Assembly: GCA_944381145.1 (NCBI GenBank)
Contig: CALWJZ010000002.1
Location: 51,681-115,680 of the forward strand
Length of the DNA stretch: 64,000 nucleotides
Direction of reading: 5' to 3'
DNA from: an uncultured Clostridia bacterium
Lineage (GTDB): Bacteria; Bacillota; Clostridia; Christensenellales; UBA1242
Part shown: positions 62,651 to 64,000 of the stretch, in pieces
Layout of the letters: every line of letters starts with the position of its first letter
How positions within the stretch are numbered: position 1 is the first letter of the stretch
The notes under the pieces: model-generated
The model's database searches: none
What the model saw: only the letters and a program-made list of their open reading frames with translations
What the model was told of the DNA's origin: nothing
Program-made: the position numbers and the translations under genes

Positions 62651-64000
62651 TTATTCATAAATATCATTATCACTTCCACCATTTTTACCATATGGATAAA
62701 TTGTTCCTACTGCAGTTGTGCTACCACTTGTATTGGTATTATATATTTTTCCATAACTTTCTGTACAAATATAATTTACATATTCAACTGATGAAATTGA
62801 AAGATTTTCAACATTGCAATTATTAATAATACCAGTTCTTAAATTATTAGAAACTAACCCCGATACATATCTAGCACTTCCACCAAAGATTGTTGTATTT
62901 TTATAATTTACTCCAGAAATTGTTCCATAATTATTTAGAATTGGTGCAAATTTTGATATTGCACTTTGATTATTATATCTCAATCCATCAAAAGTTATAT
63001 TAGCAATGACTCCATAATTATATGTTATAAATTCATGTGTCATTTGACTGCTGGAGTTATATTTAATTACAGCACTCTTAGTCACTGTATTATTTCTTGT
63101 CGTACCCAAAATCATAGAACTTGCAGGAATTGAAAATTCTTTGAGAGTATTATTTATTCTTATTTCTTGTACTTCAGAATCTTCTATGTTATTTTCCAAC
63201 AAAATAACGGTATTTTCAGGGATATAATTAGAATTTAAATTATTGATATAATTTACAAAACTTACTCCATCATTAAATCTTATTATATTATAAGTAGGAA
63301 TTTGATCTTGTTCAGTCACATAAAAATTAATATCATAATCAAAATAGTAATTCCCTGCACCTTTTAATTTATCTTTTATGGTTTCCAAAGAATAAGCATC
63401 TTCATGAGAATCTATTCCATTAATTTTTACTTTTATTACAATTGCACCTTGTATATCCTTAAAGCCAATCAATTGAGAATGATCATTTTCAGTAGTCCAA
63501 ATTTTGGTCCTTGTATTTGTAAATGTAGGCAATTTATTGTTATACACATTATATATTTTACCTGTTTCACCAATATTAGAAATACTACCAGACACTGTAT
63601 TATTATACAACATAACATCTGGAACATAATAAAAACTATAGGATATATTTCCATTATTTGTTTGAGCAAGACCATATATACTTGTCTTTTTATCTTGATT
63701 TTTCAAATATCCAAAATTTGAAGAATAACAATCACTAATCACACCATTAGTGTTATTTGTATTAACCAAACCATAAATTGTATTTTCATTACCAATATAA
63801 ATATTTGCACTTGCTGATTGATATATTTTACCATTATTCTGATTAGCAAAAGAATATGTGTTTGTTGTATATCCATAAACATATACATTTGTAATTAAGC
63901 CATTATTTTCATTTACTAATGCAACATTCAATCCATTATTCAAATTATTAAGAGAAGTTGTTCTTAAATAAATATTAGATAAAATACCATTATTTGTATC
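62651..64000 (-). CDS. C-terminal part (>=449 aa) of a second large beta-helix repeat surface protein; 5' end beyond the window
   Basis: The track M at 63943 is an in-frame TTG. Hand translation shows the frame stays open to position 64000 (DTNNGILSNIYLRTTSLNNLNNGLNVALVNENNGLITNVYVYG). Rungs are of the N-x-G-x-I-x-N-x-Y type (IYGLVNTNNTNGVISDCYSS, IYGLAQTNNGNISYSFYY, VSGLVSNNLRTGIINNCNV). Confidence 0.8.
   Translation of the reverse strand, partial: DTNNGILSNIYLRTTSLNNLNNGLNVALVNENNGLITNVYVYGYTTNTYSFANQNNGKIYQSASANIYIGNENTIYGLVNTNNTNGVISDCYSSNFGYLKNQDKKTSIYGLAQTNNGNISYSFYYVPDVMLYNNTVSGSISNIGETGKIYNVYNNKLPTFTNTRTKIWTTENDHSQLIGFKDIQGAIVIKVKINGIDSHEDAYSLETIKDKLKGAGNYYFDYDINFYVTEQDQIPTYNIIRFNDGVSFVNYINNLNSNYIPENTVILLENNIEDSEVQEIRINNTLKEFSIPASSMILGTTRNNTVTKSAVIKYNSSSQMTHEFITYNYGVIANITFDGLRYNNQSAISKFAPILNNYGTISGVNYKNTTIFGGSARYVSGLVSNNLRTGIINNCNVENLSISSVEYVNYICTESYGKIYNTNTSGSTTAVGTIYPYGKNGGSDNDIYE

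Noticed and set aside
62383-62691. 102-aa minus-strand ORF in the gap between the two large genes, plus the 63-aa plus-strand ORF at 62635-62826
   Set aside because: It spans the upstream gene's terminator and the giant-gene promoter, overlaps the paralogue's 3' end, has no SD, and is an F/I/L/Y-rich translation of AT-rich spacer.
1-64000. Mycoplasma-type genetic code 4 (TGA=Trp), suggested by extreme AT-richness
   Set aside because: addA terminates at TGA (4499-4501). All highly conserved proteins (tuf, fusA, rpoB, rpoC) are intact when TGA is treated as a stop, and Trp positions use TGG.
1-64000. rRNA, tRNA, CRISPR arrays, IS elements, integrases, prophage or obvious defence islands
   Set aside because: Intergenic regions are short (385 nt or less) and AT-rich. 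They contain only promoter/terminator-like elements. I noticed no cloverleaf-compatible GC-rich segments, no spaced direct repeats and no recombinase-like ORFs. I did not do a systematic computational scan.

Overview
Very AT-rich chromosomal segment that reads cleanly in the standard bacterial code (TGA is a stop, e.g. addA at 4499-4501). Protein sequences look like a low-GC Bacillota-type, possibly genome-reduced or Mollicutes-like organism; that taxonomy is inference only. 27 of 32 called CDS are on the minus strand. Minus-strand order 5'->3': the C-terminal part of a large beta-helix repeat surface protein running off the window (62651-64000) | an 8,317-aa giant signal-peptide/lipobox protein (37379-62332, 39% of the window) | rpoB-rpoC | three small, separately promoted accessory genes (98 aa; membrane-anchored 332 aa; orphan HicB-like 96 aa) | rpsL-rpsG-fusA-tuf | a 671-aa acidic low-complexity protein | rpmG (49 aa, absent from the ORF track)-secE-nusG-rplK-rplA | an ABC-F ATPase with a degenerate second P-loop | L10 leader-rplJ-rplL. 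The left 14.5 kb holds rplI, a DUF1540 protein, two tandem Zn-metallopeptidases, hypotheticals, addB-addA, a 3-TM/coiled-coil protein, a PRC-barrel protein, an SPFH/Zn-ribbon protein and a DUF1858 protein. By eye I mapped sigma-A-type promoters (recurrent TTGACA-17-TAAACT) and hairpin/T-run terminators that delimit the transcription units. I saw no rRNA, tRNA, CRISPR, transposase, integrase or prophage signal. The stand-out is the giant gene. It encodes an N-terminal signal/lipobox, about 1,000 aa of Ig-like stalk, then seven cap + GLUG-type (GG-hydrophobic-x-G) beta-helix modules with about 60 rungs. No C-terminal anchor and no catalytic motif were recognised. It sits in tandem with a paralogue, directly upstream of rpoB, where rplJL normally lie. 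All domain calls come from motif reading; no database search was possible.
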